A stretch of DNA of 53,433 nt, taken from positions 1 to 53,433 of IMG/VR virus record IMGVR_UViG_3300030390_001591, one strand, 5' to 3'. Of this stretch, positions 30,651 to 40,742 are shown piece after piece. The notes beneath the pieces were generated by a model. The model was not told where the DNA came from, made no database searches, and worked only from the letters and a program-made list of their open reading frames with translations. The stretch's first letter is position 1. Every line of letters begins with the position of its first letter. The position numbers and the translations under genes were made by a program. Source of the DNA: a virus. Its lineage: Duplodnaviria > Caudoviricetes.

Positions 30651-31595
30651 ATGAATCTTGATAATGAATTTCTGTGGGTTGAAAAATATCGCCCACAAAC
30701 TATTGAACAAACTATCCTACCTTCTGAATTAAAATCAACATTTTTAGAAATTGTCAAGACCGGTGAACTTCCAAACATGTTATTTACAGGAAGTGCCGGC
30801 CTAGGCAAAACTACTGTTGCAAAAGCTTTATGTAATTCTCTTGACTTAGATTACATTTTAGTGAATGGTTCTGAAGAAGGTAACATTGATACCCTCCGCG
30901 GTAAAATCAAACAATTTGCTTCATCATTATCTTTACAGGGTGGCTACAAAGTAGTCATCCTGGATGAAGCTGATTACTTAAACGCTCAATCAACTCAACC
31001 GGCTTTAAGAGCCTTTATTGAAGAGTTTTCTAACAATTGCCGGTTTATCTTAACCTGTAATTTTAAAAATCGTATTATTGAACCACTTCATTCTCGATGT
31101 GGTGTATATGAATTTAACACTTCAAAGAAAGATCTAAGTGAATTAGCTAAAGATTTTTTTAGACATGCTCGCAATATTCTTGAACAAGAAAATATTACAT
31201 ATGATCCAAAAGATCTTGTTAATATAATTATGAAACATGCTCCAGATTGGAGGAGAGTCTTAAATGAACTTCAAAGACGATCAGTGGGTGGTAGTTTTAG
31301 TAGTAGTGGTTCTTCTAGTTCTGCTAATAATGAAATTGATGCACTTATAAAATATATTAAAGAAAAAGATTTTAAACAAATGAGAAGCTGGGTTGTCAAT
31401 AATATTGACACCGATGCCTCGGCTATTTTTCGTGGAATATATGACCGTATGAATAGTCATATGAAACCAGCCTCTGTACCACAGGTTGTTCTTATTCTTG
31501 CAGACTATCAATATAAACATGCTTTTGTTGCTGATCATGAATTAAATGTGGTAGCATGTATGACAGAGCTAATGGCTAATGTGGAGTTCCAATAA
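30651..31595 (+). CDS. gp44: Clamp loader AAA+ subunit gp44
   Basis: LWVEKYRP, GSAGLGKTT, ILDEAD, PLHSRC. Confidence 0.97.
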   Translation: MNLDNEFLWVEKYRPQTIEQTILPSELKSTFLEIVKTGELPNMLFTGSAGLGKTTVAKALCNSLDLDYILVNGSEEGNIDTLRGKIKQFASSLSLQGGYKVVILDEADYLNAQSTQPALRAFIEEFSNNCRFILTCNFKNRIIEPLHSRCGVYEFNTSKKDLSELAKDFFRHARNILEQENITYDPKDLVNIIMKHAPDWRRVLNELQRRSVGGSFSSSGSSSSANNEIDALIKYIKEKDFKQMRSWVVNNIDTDASAIFRGIYDRMNSHMKPASVPQVVLILADYQYKHAFVADHELNVVACMTELMANVEFQ

Positions 31596-32179
31596 TGGAT
31601 AATGCAGTTGTATACGATTTTGAAACCTTATCACAAGATCCTGTCAAAGGTGTAGTTATTTCTTTCGCTATGCTTTCATTTGACGAATCTCGTTTTATTA
31701 ATAAACCATATTCGTATGAAGAATTATTAAAGAATTGTCATATGATTAAATTTCTGGTAGACGAACAAGTAAAGGAATATGGCAGGTCAGTTCAACAAAG
31801 CACCATTGATTGGTGGAAAGATCAACCAAAAGAGGCTCAGTATCAATTAAAACCATCTGAAGATGATGTATCTATTACTGAGCTGTACGACTTCTTTGTA
31901 GAAAATAGGCCAGATGATCTTAAAAAAGTATATACCCGAGGTAATACATTTGATCCAGTTTTCTTTGACTTTTTAATGGCTGATACTGATCAAGTTACTC
32001 CATATCCATGGTGGATTGTTCGTGATACACGATCTCTTATAGATGGTATGGCCTGGGGATCCAGCTTAAATAATAAATTTATGCCGCCTTCCGTAGCCGA
32101 TAAATTTATTCATCATGATCCAAAGCACGATATTGCGGTTGACGTTATGAGAATTCAAACCGTGGCTCAATCACTATGA
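31595..32179 (+). CDS. dexA: DexA-like 3'-5' exonuclease
   Basis: YDFETL, TIDWW, RGNTFD, WIVRDTRS, HDPKHD DEDD motifs. Confidence 0.8.
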   Translation: MDNAVVYDFETLSQDPVKGVVISFAMLSFDESRFINKPYSYEELLKNCHMIKFLVDEQVKEYGRSVQQSTIDWWKDQPKEAQYQLKPSEDDVSITELYDFFVENRPDDLKKVYTRGNTFDPVFFDFLMADTDQVTPYPWWIVRDTRSLIDGMAWGSSLNNKFMPPSVADKFIHHDPKHDIAVDVMRIQTVAQSL

Positions 32180-32556
32180 GTCCCTTTGACTATTTAAATA
32201 GTATAAACACATCAAAGAAAGACATTATGTCTGATGACCTTGATGAAAAAGACTATGCTGCCTTTGTAATTAATAGAACTCTGTCATATTTTAATGACAC
32301 CGTCTTGATGGCAAATGAAATGAATTTAAATGCCCATCTAGATAATAGGCTTCAGTACGATTTTTATCGGCAAATTGTCAGACAGCGTAAACGATTTTCT
32401 AAATGGACAAAGGAAGATAAGTCAAAAGACATTGATGCCATTAAAGAATACTATGGATATTCAAAAGAAAAAGCTTACCAAGTACTCTCACTTATTAATA
32501 AAGAGCATCTTGACAAAATTCATTCAGCAATTAATAAAGGCGGTAAAAGACGCTAA
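32176..32556 (+). CDS. gp62: Clamp loader small subunit gp62
   Basis: PFDYLNSIN, ANEMN, RKRFSKW, KEYYGYS. Confidence 0.94.
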   Translation: MSPFDYLNSINTSKKDIMSDDLDEKDYAAFVINRTLSYFNDTVLMANEMNLNAHLDNRLQYDFYRQIVRQRKRFSKWTKEDKSKDIDAIKEYYGYSKEKAYQVLSLINKEHLDKIHSAINKGGKRR

Positions 32557-32568
32557 AAATTTAATTAG

Positions 32569-32576
32569 TATAAATA
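32569..32576 (+). promoter_or_regulatory. T4-type late promoter TATAAATA upstream of regA
   Basis: Exact consensus in the intergenic gap. Confidence 0.65.
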
Positions 32577-32631
32577 TAGCTATCATGAGTACATTATCGT
32601 GAATAGAATATATTAGAAGTGAGTTGAAAAA

Positions 32632-33045
32632 ATGAATGAAGAAGCTACTTTAGTAGACTGGTCTCCCGATTCAATGTTGGAGATTACTCTTAACGATCCA
32701 GATGATTTTCTAAAAGTTAGAGAAACTCTTACACGCATTGGCGTGGCATCTCGAAAAGAAAAAAAACTATTTCAATCTTGTCATATTTTACATAAGCAAG
32801 GTCGTTATTTTATTGTACATTTTAAAGAATTGTTTTTACTTGATGGTAAAAAATCCACATTAGAAGAAAGTGATGTTGCTCGACGAAATACTATTGCAAC
32901 ATTAATTTCTGATTGGGGACTAATAACCATTGATAAACCTGATTGCGCTATACCGGCTGCTCCTTTAAGACAAATTAAAATAATTTCTTTTAAAGATAAA
33001 AATCAATGGGAATTATGTCCAAAGTATAATATTGGCCGAAAATAA
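32632..33045 (+). CDS. regA: Translational repressor RegA
   Basis: PDDFLKVRETLTRIGVAS, QSCHILHKQGRYFIVHFKELF. Confidence 0.97.
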   Translation: MNEEATLVDWSPDSMLEITLNDPDDFLKVRETLTRIGVASRKEKKLFQSCHILHKQGRYFIVHFKELFLLDGKKSTLEESDVARRNTIATLISDWGLITIDKPDCAIPAAPLRQIKIISFKDKNQWELCPKYNIGRK

Positions 33046-33093
33046 TTTTTTCCCTATGTACTTTTGTAATTAAGACACTATATATACTATAGA

Positions 33094-33183
33094 GGCAATT
33101 CGTAGGAATTGTCCAAATACGGAGGGATGCAGAATAGTCTGGTCCCAGAACATTCTTGCTTGGAAGAGGAGAACACCAAAATG
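33094..33183 (+). promoter_or_regulatory. ROSE-like RNA thermometer in the hsp20 5' UTR
   Basis: Three hairpins (33094-33113, 33124-33146, 33153-33173); the last has UUGCU with a bulged G paired over the GAGGAG Shine-Dalgarno. Confidence 0.75.
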
Positions 33184-33651
33184 ACAGGCATACAAACACT
33201 ATTTCCGCGATCATCTTTTGTAGGATTCGATCATCTGTTTAATGAAATGGAACACACCGTTCGTCACGCAGCTGATCATTATCCACCCCATAATATTATT
33301 AGAGCATCTGAGCACGAGTATCTTATTGAACTCGCAGTTGCTGGTTTTTCAAAAGATGAATTATCAATTGAAGTTAAAGATAGAACTTTAATGATAACAG
33401 GAGAACATGTAAGCAAGGGAAGAGACTTTATTCATCGAGGTATTAGTACCAAGAAGTTTAAACGTACTTTTCGATTGTCTGAACACGTTCAAGTAAATGG
33501 AGCAGATATTCAAGATGGCATACTTGCCGTAGAACTGAAGTATGAAATCCCAGAAGAAATGCGTCCTCGTAAAATCAATATTGGTCAAACGAGGAAAACA
33601 AATGACACAAGTAATACTAGTAGCACACAACTACTCAACGAAGGCAATTGA
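33181..33651 (+). CDS. hsp20: Small heat shock protein Hsp20 (IbpA-like)
   Basis: VGFDHLF, YPPHNI, IELAVAGF, HRGIS, DGIL, PEEMRPRKINI; ATG at 33181 after GAGGAG. Confidence 0.95.
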   Translation: MTGIQTLFPRSSFVGFDHLFNEMEHTVRHAADHYPPHNIIRASEHEYLIELAVAGFSKDELSIEVKDRTLMITGEHVSKGRDFIHRGISTKKFKRTFRLSEHVQVNGADIQDGILAVELKYEIPEEMRPRKINIGQTRKTNDTSNTSSTQLLNEGN

Positions 33652-33880
33652 GTTAATCATTGAATCATTATCTTCATTTTGGAAGTATCTAAAATTTAGA
33701 AATGATGTTAGAGTAACTCAAAATGAATTATACAGATTAAAAGATTCTGAACTATATGACATTGGTATCACAAGAGGTGATATTGAAGCAATTGCAAGGG
33801 GTGATGTTGAATTTGTTCGAAGAGCAAATTATCGTTATCTCGAACCAGTATCCAATCCTAATTTAAAAGGATGGAGTTAA
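33602..33880 (+). CDS. DUF1127 (YjiS-like) small protein
   Basis: R.T.NELYRLKDSELYDIGITRGDI matches the DUF1127 signature; ATG at 33602 after GAGGA. Confidence 0.88.
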   Translation: MTQVILVAHNYSTKAIELIIESLSSFWKYLKFRNDVRVTQNELYRLKDSELYDIGITRGDIEAIARGDVEFVRRANYRYLEPVSNPNLKGWS

Positions 33881-34053
33881 TGGCAATAAGTATAGCATCT
33901 ACTATATTTTCGCCATTGTCGGGATTTTGGTCTGCATTCGAACGCTTCAGCTGGACGATGGGATATTCCAGGGCGGCGGCGGAACTCGCGCGAATGGGAT
34001 ATTACGAGGAATCGAGAAAATGTATGATGGAAATACAAAAATTGCGTAGCTAA
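33880..34053 (+). CDS. Small hypothetical protein
   Basis: TAATG coupling and GGAG RBS; GYSRAAAELARMGY motif. Confidence 0.7.
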   Translation: MAISIASTIFSPLSGFWSAFERFSWTMGYSRAAAELARMGYYEESRKCMMEIQKLRS

Positions 34054-34054
34054 A

Positions 34055-34085
34055 AAAAAGGGCAGAAATGCCCTTTTTATTTTTT
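34055..34085 (+). terminator. Rho-independent terminator (possibly bidirectional)
   Basis: AAAAAGGGCA-GAAA-TGCCCTTTTT with A- and T-tracts. Confidence 0.88.
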
Positions 34086-34122
34086 AGTCTAAATAATAAT
34101 ATATCCACAATGGAGAAAATAT

Positions 34123-34551
34123 ATGAATAAATTTTTAATGGTATTTGCATTGTTAACAGTGTTTACAGGTTCTGTTCAAGCAAAAGATTTAACAATTGAT
34201 ATGTTAAATAAAAGAGACGATGGCGCAAAAATGGCTTATAGTGAAGATATTGCCAGAATCGATGTTGGTGATACTATCACTTGGCTACCAGCAAAAAAAG
34301 GACATAACGTAGAATTTCGTGCGGGTCCTGATGGAGTGAAGCTGCCTAAAAAGTCAAAAATGAATAAGGAATTCTCTATGACTTTTGATACACCAGGCAT
34401 TTATTACTACTGGTGTACACCTCATAAATCTATGGGAATGATCGGTCTTGTAGTTGTTGGTGATAATATCTCAAATAAAGATGCTATTGCTAAAACTAAA
34501 ACTTCAGGTAAATCTAAAAAGAAACTTAAAAAACTCTTAACACAAATATAA
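34123..34551 (+). CDS. Pseudoazurin (blue copper protein) with signal peptide
   Basis: Sec signal ending VQA; MLNK...VGDTITW...GHNV...CTPHKSMGM gives His/Cys/His/Met type-1 Cu ligands; TCTAAATA at 34088-34095. Confidence 0.9.
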   Translation: MNKFLMVFALLTVFTGSVQAKDLTIDMLNKRDDGAKMAYSEDIARIDVGDTITWLPAKKGHNVEFRAGPDGVKLPKKSKMNKEFSMTFDTPGIYYYWCTPHKSMGMIGLVVVGDNISNKDAIAKTKTSGKSKKKLKKLLTQI

Positions 34552-34564
34552 AAGGAACACACAC

Positions 34565-34786
34565 ATGACACAGAAAAACCCTTTTGAAATTAGAGCTGAA
34601 ATGCTTCAAATGGCTAAAGATTATATGGACCAACAATACAAAATGAATATTCAACTTACTACTGGTATGTATGATCAAGGCCAAAAAACTATGATTGAAT
34701 TGCAAGATGCATACAAAATGTATTCAGTTGAAGATATGATGGAAAAAGCTAAAGAAATGTATTCTTTTGTCTCGAAGAAAGATTAA
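34565..34786 (+). CDS. Conserved small hypothetical phage protein
   Basis: KNPFEIR.EML.MAKD...MEKAKEMYSFV; AAGGA RBS. Confidence 0.75.
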   Translation: MTQKNPFEIRAEMLQMAKDYMDQQYKMNIQLTTGMYDQGQKTMIELQDAYKMYSVEDMMEKAKEMYSFVSKKD

Positions 34787-34789
34787 AGG

Positions 34790-34818
34790 TTTACATTACC
34801 TCTATATTATGTTATAAT
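34790..34818 (+). promoter_or_regulatory. Early/middle promoter for gp43
   Basis: (G)TTTACA-17bp-TATAAT. Confidence 0.8.
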
Positions 34819-34841
34819 TACTCTAATGACGGAGGAATGTT

Positions 34842-37445
34842 TTGAATAATTTTTATACATCTATCAATCGCCATAAAGGTGAAATTCTATATCGTGGTTA
34901 TACTGCTAACGGTACTCGGATTGAAAAACGTGAAAAGTTCGGTCCAACATTTTTTTTACCATCAAAGGATCCATCTAAATACCGATCCCTTGATGGTAAT
35001 TATTTAAACTCATATCAGTTTGATACAATGTATCAAGGTAAAGAATTTCTAGACACATACAAAGATATGGAAGGCGTGAAAGTCTACGGAACTAGGAATT
35101 ACGTTCATCAATATATTACAGATAACTTTCCAACTGATATAGAATTTAATCAGAAACATATTAATATAGTTAATTTTGATATTGAAGTTGCATCAGATGA
35201 TGGATTTCCTAGCCCAGATGAAGCATTACATCCAGTCATTTCAATAGCTTTAAAATCTAGTAAGTCATCCATATATCAGGTTTGGGGTCTAGACGAATAC
35301 GATCCTGCTAAAACTGAATTAGATATGGCGGGTGATCATATTAAGTATCACAAATGTGATACTGAGACTGAACTGCTAGTTTCATTTATAAACTATTGGA
35401 CCAAAAACTATCCAGACATCATTACTGGATGGTATATTAGACAATTTGATATTCCGTATTTAGTTAACAGAATCTGTAGGCTCGCCGGAGAAATACCGGG
35501 TGAAGATGGCCAAATAAAATGTAAACCAGCTCGTAGACTTTCTCCATGGAATAACGTCGGAACAGGTTCATCTCGAGGTCAAAAAAGTTCAAAATATGGT
35601 TATGAATTAGAAGGCATTCAAATCGCTGACTATATTGAATTATTTAAAAAGTTTGGTTATTCATACGGACCTCAAGAGTCCTATAAGCTAGATCATATTG
35701 CTTATACTGTCCTAGGTGAAAACAAACTATCATATGAAGAGCATGGTAATCTTCACAGTCTGTACAAAGCAGACCATCAGAAATTCATTGATTATAATAT
35801 TAAGGATGTTCAGCTTGTTGACCGAATCGATAGTAAGATGGGTCTTATCAACTTAGTTTTAACTATGGCCTATAAAGGTGGCGTTAATGTAAGTGATACT
35901 TTTGGCACTACGGCTATATGGGAATCGATCCTCTATCGCAGACTTCTTAAAAATGGTGTTATACCACCGGTCGAACAGATTTCTCAATGTATGTATGGTT
36001 TAGTCGGTAATCCAGACAATCAAACTTATGATGCAAATGGTTCGAAAGAAGCTCAACGCACTATCGCCGGTGGATATGTCAAACCACCGAAGCCAGGTGC
36101 TTATGATTGGGTAGTCTCATTCGACTTGAATTCTCTATACCCAAACATTATTGTGCAGTCTAATATTTCACCAGAGACTATTATTAGAGATAAAACTTGG
36201 AATCATTTTACTCAAGGTGTCAATCACTATTTAAATAACGATGATATTCAGACTGATGATTATTCAGTTTGTGCTAGTGGTGTTCCATTTAGTAAAAATA
36301 AACAAGGTATTATTCCTGAATTAATTGTTGAATATTATGCTGAACGTAGTGTAATTAAACAAAAAATGCTTAAAGTAAAACAAGAGTATGAGCAAACGAA
36401 AAATACGGCTCTTGAGTCAGAAATTAATCAGCTAGAAAATAATCAAATGGCTATCAAGATTCTACTTAATTCTTTGTATGGCGCAATGGCAAATAAGTAT
36501 TTTAAATATTTTGATAATGCTCTTGCTGAAAGCGTAACCCTTACCGGCCAACTTTCTATTAAATGGGCTGAACGAGCTATTAATAATGAAATGAATAAGG
36601 TACTTAAAACTAAAGGAAAAGATTATGTTATTGCTATTGACACTGATTCAGTCTATATTAATTTTGGGCCTCTTGTTGCTCAACTGGCGCCAAAGAACCC
36701 TGTTGAAGCATTGGACAAAATTTGTAAGACACACTTCGAACCCATGATTGCAGCAGCTTATGATAAATTATTTCATAAGCTGAATGCGTACACTCCTCGC
36801 ATGGAAATGGGTAGAGAAGTTATAGCCGATCGTGGCATATGGACAGCAAAGAAACGATATATTTTAAATGTTCATAACAACGAAGGTGTTCAATATTCTG
36901 AACCAAAACTTAAAATCATGGGTATTGAAGCTATCAAGTCTAGTACTCCTGAAGTAGTCCGTGATAAATTTAAAGAGATATTTAAGGTTATTATCAAAGG
37001 TAATGAGTTAAGTACTCGTAAGTTTATAAATGATTTTAAACAAGAATTCAAATTGTTATCGGCAGAAAAAGTTTCGTTTCCGCGTGGCGTATCTGAACTT
37101 GATAAGTGGAAAGATCGTCGAACTATCTATAAAAAAGGCACTCCGATACACGTGCGCGGTGCCTTATTATATAATAATCAAATTAAAGAAAAGTCTCTTG
37201 ACAAAAAACACGATATGATTCAGAAGGGTGAAAAAATTAAGTTCACTTATCTTAAAGTTCCAAATCCTATTAGGGAAAACGTCATTTCGTTTCCAGATTA
37301 TTTACCAGATTCTCTGCATCTAAACAAATATATAGATTATGACAAACAGTTTGAGAAAACATTTCTAGAGCCACTTGAACCGATATTAGATGCGGTTGGG
37401 TGGTCAGTAAATGAGCAAGCAACATTAGAGGATTTCTTTGGATGA
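34842..37445 (+). CDS. gp43: Family B DNA polymerase gp43
   Basis: DIEV exonuclease motif, [24 protein letters not shown]-terminal clamp motif TLEDFFG; TTG start with GGAGG. Confidence 0.98.
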   Translation: MNNFYTSINRHKGEILYRGYTANGTRIEKREKFGPTFFLPSKDPSKYRSLDGNYLNSYQFDTMYQGKEFLDTYKDMEGVKVYGTRNYVHQYITDNFPTDIEFNQKHINIVNFDIEVASDDGFPSPDEALHPVISIALKSSKSSIYQVWGLDEYDPAKTELDMAGDHIKYHKCDTETELLVSFINYWTKNYPDIITGWYIRQFDIPYLVNRICRLAGEIPGEDGQIKCKPARRLSPWNNVGTGSSRGQKSSKYGYELEGIQIADYIELFKKFGYSYGPQESYKLDHIAYTVLGENKLSYEEHGNLHSLYKADHQKFIDYNIKDVQLVDRIDSKMGLINLVLTMAYKGGVNVSDTFGTTAIWESILYRRLLKNGVIPPVEQISQCMYGLVGNPDNQTYDANGSKEAQRTIAGGYVKPPKPGAYDWVVSFDLNSLYPNIIVQSNISPETIIRDKTWNHFTQGVNHYLNNDDIQTDDYSVCASGVPFSKNKQGIIPELIVEYYAERSVIKQKMLKVKQEYEQTKNTALESEINQLENNQMAIKILLNSLYGAMANKYFKYFDNALAESVTLTGQLSIKWAERAINNEMNKVLKTKGKDYVIAIDTDSVYINFGPLVAQLAPKNPVEALDKICKTHFEPMIAAAYDKLFHKLNAYTPRMEMGREVIADRGIWTAKKRYILNVHNNEGVQYSEPKLKIMGIEAIKSSTPEVVRDKFKEIFKVIIKGNELSTRKFINDFKQEFKLLSAEKVSFPRGVSELDKWKDRRTIYKKGTPIHVRGALLYNNQIKEKSLDKKHDMIQKGEKIKFTYLKVPNPIRENVISFPDYLPDSLHLNKYIDYDKQFEKTFLEPLEPILDAVGWSVNEQATLEDFFG

Positions 37446-38674
37446 CTAATATTAGTATCACTACTGAACCTACCGGGCGAAGCCCTGAACATAAATATTT
37501 CTTTGGAGAAAAGACGAAGTGTTTAGATAAGACTCGACCAAAGTATTATAAAGTTGGAGAGATGGAAGACTTTCTTCAACTTGCAGATTTGATGATGCCT
37601 AGGTTAATATCTCAATTGATTTATAAAGAACCTTTATGCCTTGAGACATGTAATATCAGATTTAAAATAATTACTAATGATGCAAGACATGAGCAATTTG
37701 TTAAGAATATGTTTGATGTATTGCCTGATGGGTTTGATCCTCAAGTTTATCCACATAGTGTGCATGATTCTGATTGGACGATTTGGCATAATACAGAATT
37801 AAAGGTCGATGAACCAAAAATCTATGTAAATCTTGATACTAAAACTATGTTAATTGCTGGGACAACATTTCTAGGTGAAATCAAAAAAGGTATATTTGGT
37901 ATAGTTAGTTTTGAACTACCAAGATATGATATTTTACCAATGCATTGCAGTGCCTTTACATATAATGATACAACTAATTTAATGTTTGGATTAAGTGGCA
38001 CAGGTAAAACAACTCTTAGTAGTGATCCAGAATATCAATTGATTAGCGACGATGAAGTATCTTGGAATCAAGATGGAATTGAAATGATTGAGACTGGTTG
38101 TTATGCAAAAAGTGAAGGGTTAACACCAGAGACACATAAGACTATATTTGATGCAGTAGAAAAAGCAAGATCAGAAGATTGCTTAGTTGTAGAAAATCCA
38201 GGTGTACCAAACGCAAGATTAAGTTATCCTATCACTTGTGTTGAAAACGCGTATCATGAACCTCAACAATTTAATCATCCAACTAATATCTTTTTTCTTA
38301 CTATGGATGCGAAAGGTGTGTTTCCTCCGGTATCTAAAATTTCTGGTGAGACTGTCCGCCGCTTCTTTGAAACTGGATACACGAGCCAAATGCCTGGAAC
38401 TGAACAGGGAGCAACAGAAATCAAGCCACTGTTTAGTCCATGTTATGGTTCTCCTTTTATGCCAAGACCAATACATGTTTATAGTGATTTGCTAATGCAA
38501 AAAATTCAGTCTAATAATTGCAATGTATATCTTATTAATACTGGTATGGATAAAGCTGGTCAAAGATATCCATTAGACTTTACTAGAAATTGTGTCAAGG
38601 GAGCTATTAGACGTAGTACTCATGACGATAGCGAAAATGTGCTAAACATTCTAGAAAGCTTAATAAATGATTAA
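37442..38674 (+). CDS. pckA: ATP-dependent PEP carboxykinase (shortened)
   Basis: [48 protein letters not shown]. Confidence 0.9.
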   Translation: MTNISITTEPTGRSPEHKYFFGEKTKCLDKTRPKYYKVGEMEDFLQLADLMMPRLISQLIYKEPLCLETCNIRFKIITNDARHEQFVKNMFDVLPDGFDPQVYPHSVHDSDWTIWHNTELKVDEPKIYVNLDTKTMLIAGTTFLGEIKKGIFGIVSFELPRYDILPMHCSAFTYNDTTNLMFGLSGTGKTTLSSDPEYQLISDDEVSWNQDGIEMIETGCYAKSEGLTPETHKTIFDAVEKARSEDCLVVENPGVPNARLSYPITCVENAYHEPQQFNHPTNIFFLTMDAKGVFPPVSKISGETVRRFFETGYTSQMPGTEQGATEIKPLFSPCYGSPFMPRPIHVYSDLLMQKIQSNNCNVYLINTGMDKAGQRYPLDFTRNCVKGAIRRSTHDDSENVLNILESLIND

Positions 38675-39383
38675 TTTTATTTTTGATGTTGATGGAACCC
38701 TTACTCCAAGTAGAGGACAAATGGATCCAAAGTTCTCTTCGTTCTTTTTTGACTTTTGTACACTAAACAACGTATATCTTGTTACTGGCAGTGATATTCA
38801 AAAAACACGAGAGCAAGTTGGAGAAGTTATTTGGGGAATGACTAAGCGTAATTATCAATGTTCTGGTAATGATGTATGGGAACGTGGTAAGAATATTCGT
38901 ACTTCTACTTTAAAGTTACCGGATGAAATGTGGAGCTATTTAAATAAAGCAATCACTGACAGTTCATTTCCAGTTCAAAATGGACAACATATTGAGGAAC
39001 GTCCTGGGTTATATAACTTGTCTATTCCAGGAAGAAATATAGGTAATCGTACTCGAATTCAATATGTAGCATATGATAATCATACTAACGAAAGAAATAA
39101 TATTGCTGCTAAGCTACAAGAGCAATTTCCATTGTTTGAATTCAAAGTTGCTGGAGAAACTGGTATAGATATTACTGCTATAGGAAATAATAAATCACAA
39201 ATTCTTAATGATTTTGATCCTTCAGATGTTATCTATTTCTTTGGAGACAAGTGTGATAAAGGTGGAAATGATCATGAAATCGCATTAGCTGTACATGATC
39301 GTGGAGGAGAAAATAGTACATATCAAGTAAATAGTTGGGAAGACACATTTTCTTATTTACAAGCTGTTAAAAATGTGGTATAA
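38667..39383 (+). CDS. HAD-IIB phosphomannomutase-like enzyme
   Basis: FDVDGTLT, VTGSD, IPGRN, FFGDK...GGNDHEI as in eukaryote-type PMM. Confidence 0.85.
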   Translation: MINFIFDVDGTLTPSRGQMDPKFSSFFFDFCTLNNVYLVTGSDIQKTREQVGEVIWGMTKRNYQCSGNDVWERGKNIRTSTLKLPDEMWSYLNKAITDSSFPVQNGQHIEERPGLYNLSIPGRNIGNRTRIQYVAYDNHTNERNNIAAKLQEQFPLFEFKVAGETGIDITAIGNNKSQILNDFDPSDVIYFFGDKCDKGGNDHEIALAVHDRGGENSTYQVNSWEDTFSYLQAVKNVV

Positions 39384-39384
39384 T
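39356..39384 (+). promoter_or_regulatory. Early/middle promoter
   Basis: TTTACA-17bp-TATAAT with TGTGG extension. Confidence 0.8.
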
Positions 39385-39410
39385 AATTCTATATAATAAT
39401 GGAGAACTAC

Positions 39411-39824
39411 ATGACTAAAGTATGGTTTAATGACATTGAGCAAATGCATGAAAAGTTTGGTGTCAACGATTGGTTCGAAGCCAATAAAGATAACAAAGAA
39501 TTGATGGCAAAATATCTTGCATTTCGTATGTCAATGATTAAAGAAGAATATGACGAGACCATGGATGCCATCGAAGCAAAAGATGCTGAAGAAGTAGTTG
39601 ACGGTCTAATTGATATGTGTGTATTTGCTATTGGTACTCTTGAAGTATTAGGTGTTAATGGCAATGAAGCGTGGACAAAAGTGTTTAATGCTAATATGAC
39701 TAAATCTCCTGGTGTTAAGCCTGGTCGTCCTAATCCATTTGGATTACCTGATTTGCTTAAGCCTGAAGGATGGACCGCACCAACTCATAGAGGTAATCAT
39801 GGAAGTCTCAGCGACATTCTTTAA
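39411..39824 (+). CDS. All-alpha NTP pyrophosphohydrolase (MazG/dUTPase-like)
   Basis: EEYDE...EEVVDGLID...ANMTK...DLLKPEGW; ATG at 39411 after GGAGA. Confidence 0.85.
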   Translation: MTKVWFNDIEQMHEKFGVNDWFEANKDNKELMAKYLAFRMSMIKEEYDETMDAIEAKDAEEVVDGLIDMCVFAIGTLEVLGVNGNEAWTKVFNANMTKSPGVKPGRPNPFGLPDLLKPEGWTAPTHRGNHGSLSDIL

Positions 39825-40734
39825 ATCTATATACGATAACAAAACTAATCGTAAAATGAAATTCAGCGGCTTCTCTCAATTTGAGAAGCTGTTGTATAAA
39901 CTATCTGAAATACCAAGAGAGGGCAAACGCGATGCTGAACTTATATCACCGGCTAGTTATGTTGATAGTACGACTCGGGCAAACAAAAATGTTTTGGATT
40001 GGTCAGGTTGGGCTGCTGTTGATGTTGATGATCATGAGTTTCAAGGAAACCTAGAGAATGAGTTACGTAATCGTTTCGGCAGTCTTTCTTATGTTTGTTA
40101 TAGTACTGCTAGTAGTTCCAACCGCCATCCAAAGTTTAGACTTGTCTTCCCACTTAACACATCAATTGAATCTACTAAAATCCGTCATTTCTGGTTCTCG
40201 CTCAATAAAGAACTCGGAGAAATCGGAGATGGACAGACTAAAGATTTATCTCGAATGTATTATATCCCTGCAACGTATGCTGGCGCTAACAATTTTATAT
40301 TCAGTAATATTGGTGATAGCATTGATCCTCACGAGTTAATGGCAAAACATGCCTACGCTGAAAAGCGAGGTTCGTCATTTATAGATAGATTATCCCCAGA
40401 AATGCAAACTCAGATTATAGAACATCGCAAGACTAAGATGGAAAATACTAATGTGGTCTGGTCCGGATATCGTGATTGTCCATTTATTAATAAGAATCAT
40501 ATTAAAGAATGGTTTACTATATCTGGTACTGATAACTCAGGTCGATACGCGATGATATATAAAATTATGGTATCAACAGCATTGAGCGCTATCAAGAAAC
40601 AATATCCAATATCAGCATACGAGATAGAGCAATTAGTAAGAGAACTTGATAATGAAACAACCCGTAAATATGAGAAAAGACCATTAAACATAGAAGCGGA
40701 TAGGGCTATAGAATATGCATATAAAAATGCATAA
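39799..40734 (+). CDS. AEP-superfamily primase/polymerase-like protein
   Basis: AVDVDD, YSTASS, KFRLVFPL, D.QTKDLSRMYYIP; ATG at 39799 after GAGG. Confidence 0.7.
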   Translation: MEVSATFFKSIYDNKTNRKMKFSGFSQFEKLLYKLSEIPREGKRDAELISPASYVDSTTRANKNVLDWSGWAAVDVDDHEFQGNLENELRNRFGSLSYVCYSTASSSNRHPKFRLVFPLNTSIESTKIRHFWFSLNKELGEIGDGQTKDLSRMYYIPATYAGANNFIFSNIGDSIDPHELMAKHAYAEKRGSSFIDRLSPEMQTQIIEHRKTKMENTNVVWSGYRDCPFINKNHIKEWFTISGTDNSGRYAMIYKIMVSTALSAIKKQYPISAYEIEQLVRELDNETTRKYEKRPLNIEADRAIEYAYKNA

Positions 40735-40742
40735 AGGCTAAA

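Noticed and set aside
33055-33088. RpoH-type or sigma70 promoter for hsp20 (TGTACT...CTATATATACT)
   Set aside because: A promoter is plausible here, but the spacing fits neither consensus cleanly
33109-33180. N-terminal extension of Hsp20 in the ORF track
   Set aside because: The Shine-Dalgarno sits before ATG 33181, and this stretch folds as a ROSE-like UTR
33880-34122. Cuckoo/CcsR-type sRNAs after the DUF1127 gene
   Set aside because: No CCTCCTCCC motifs seen
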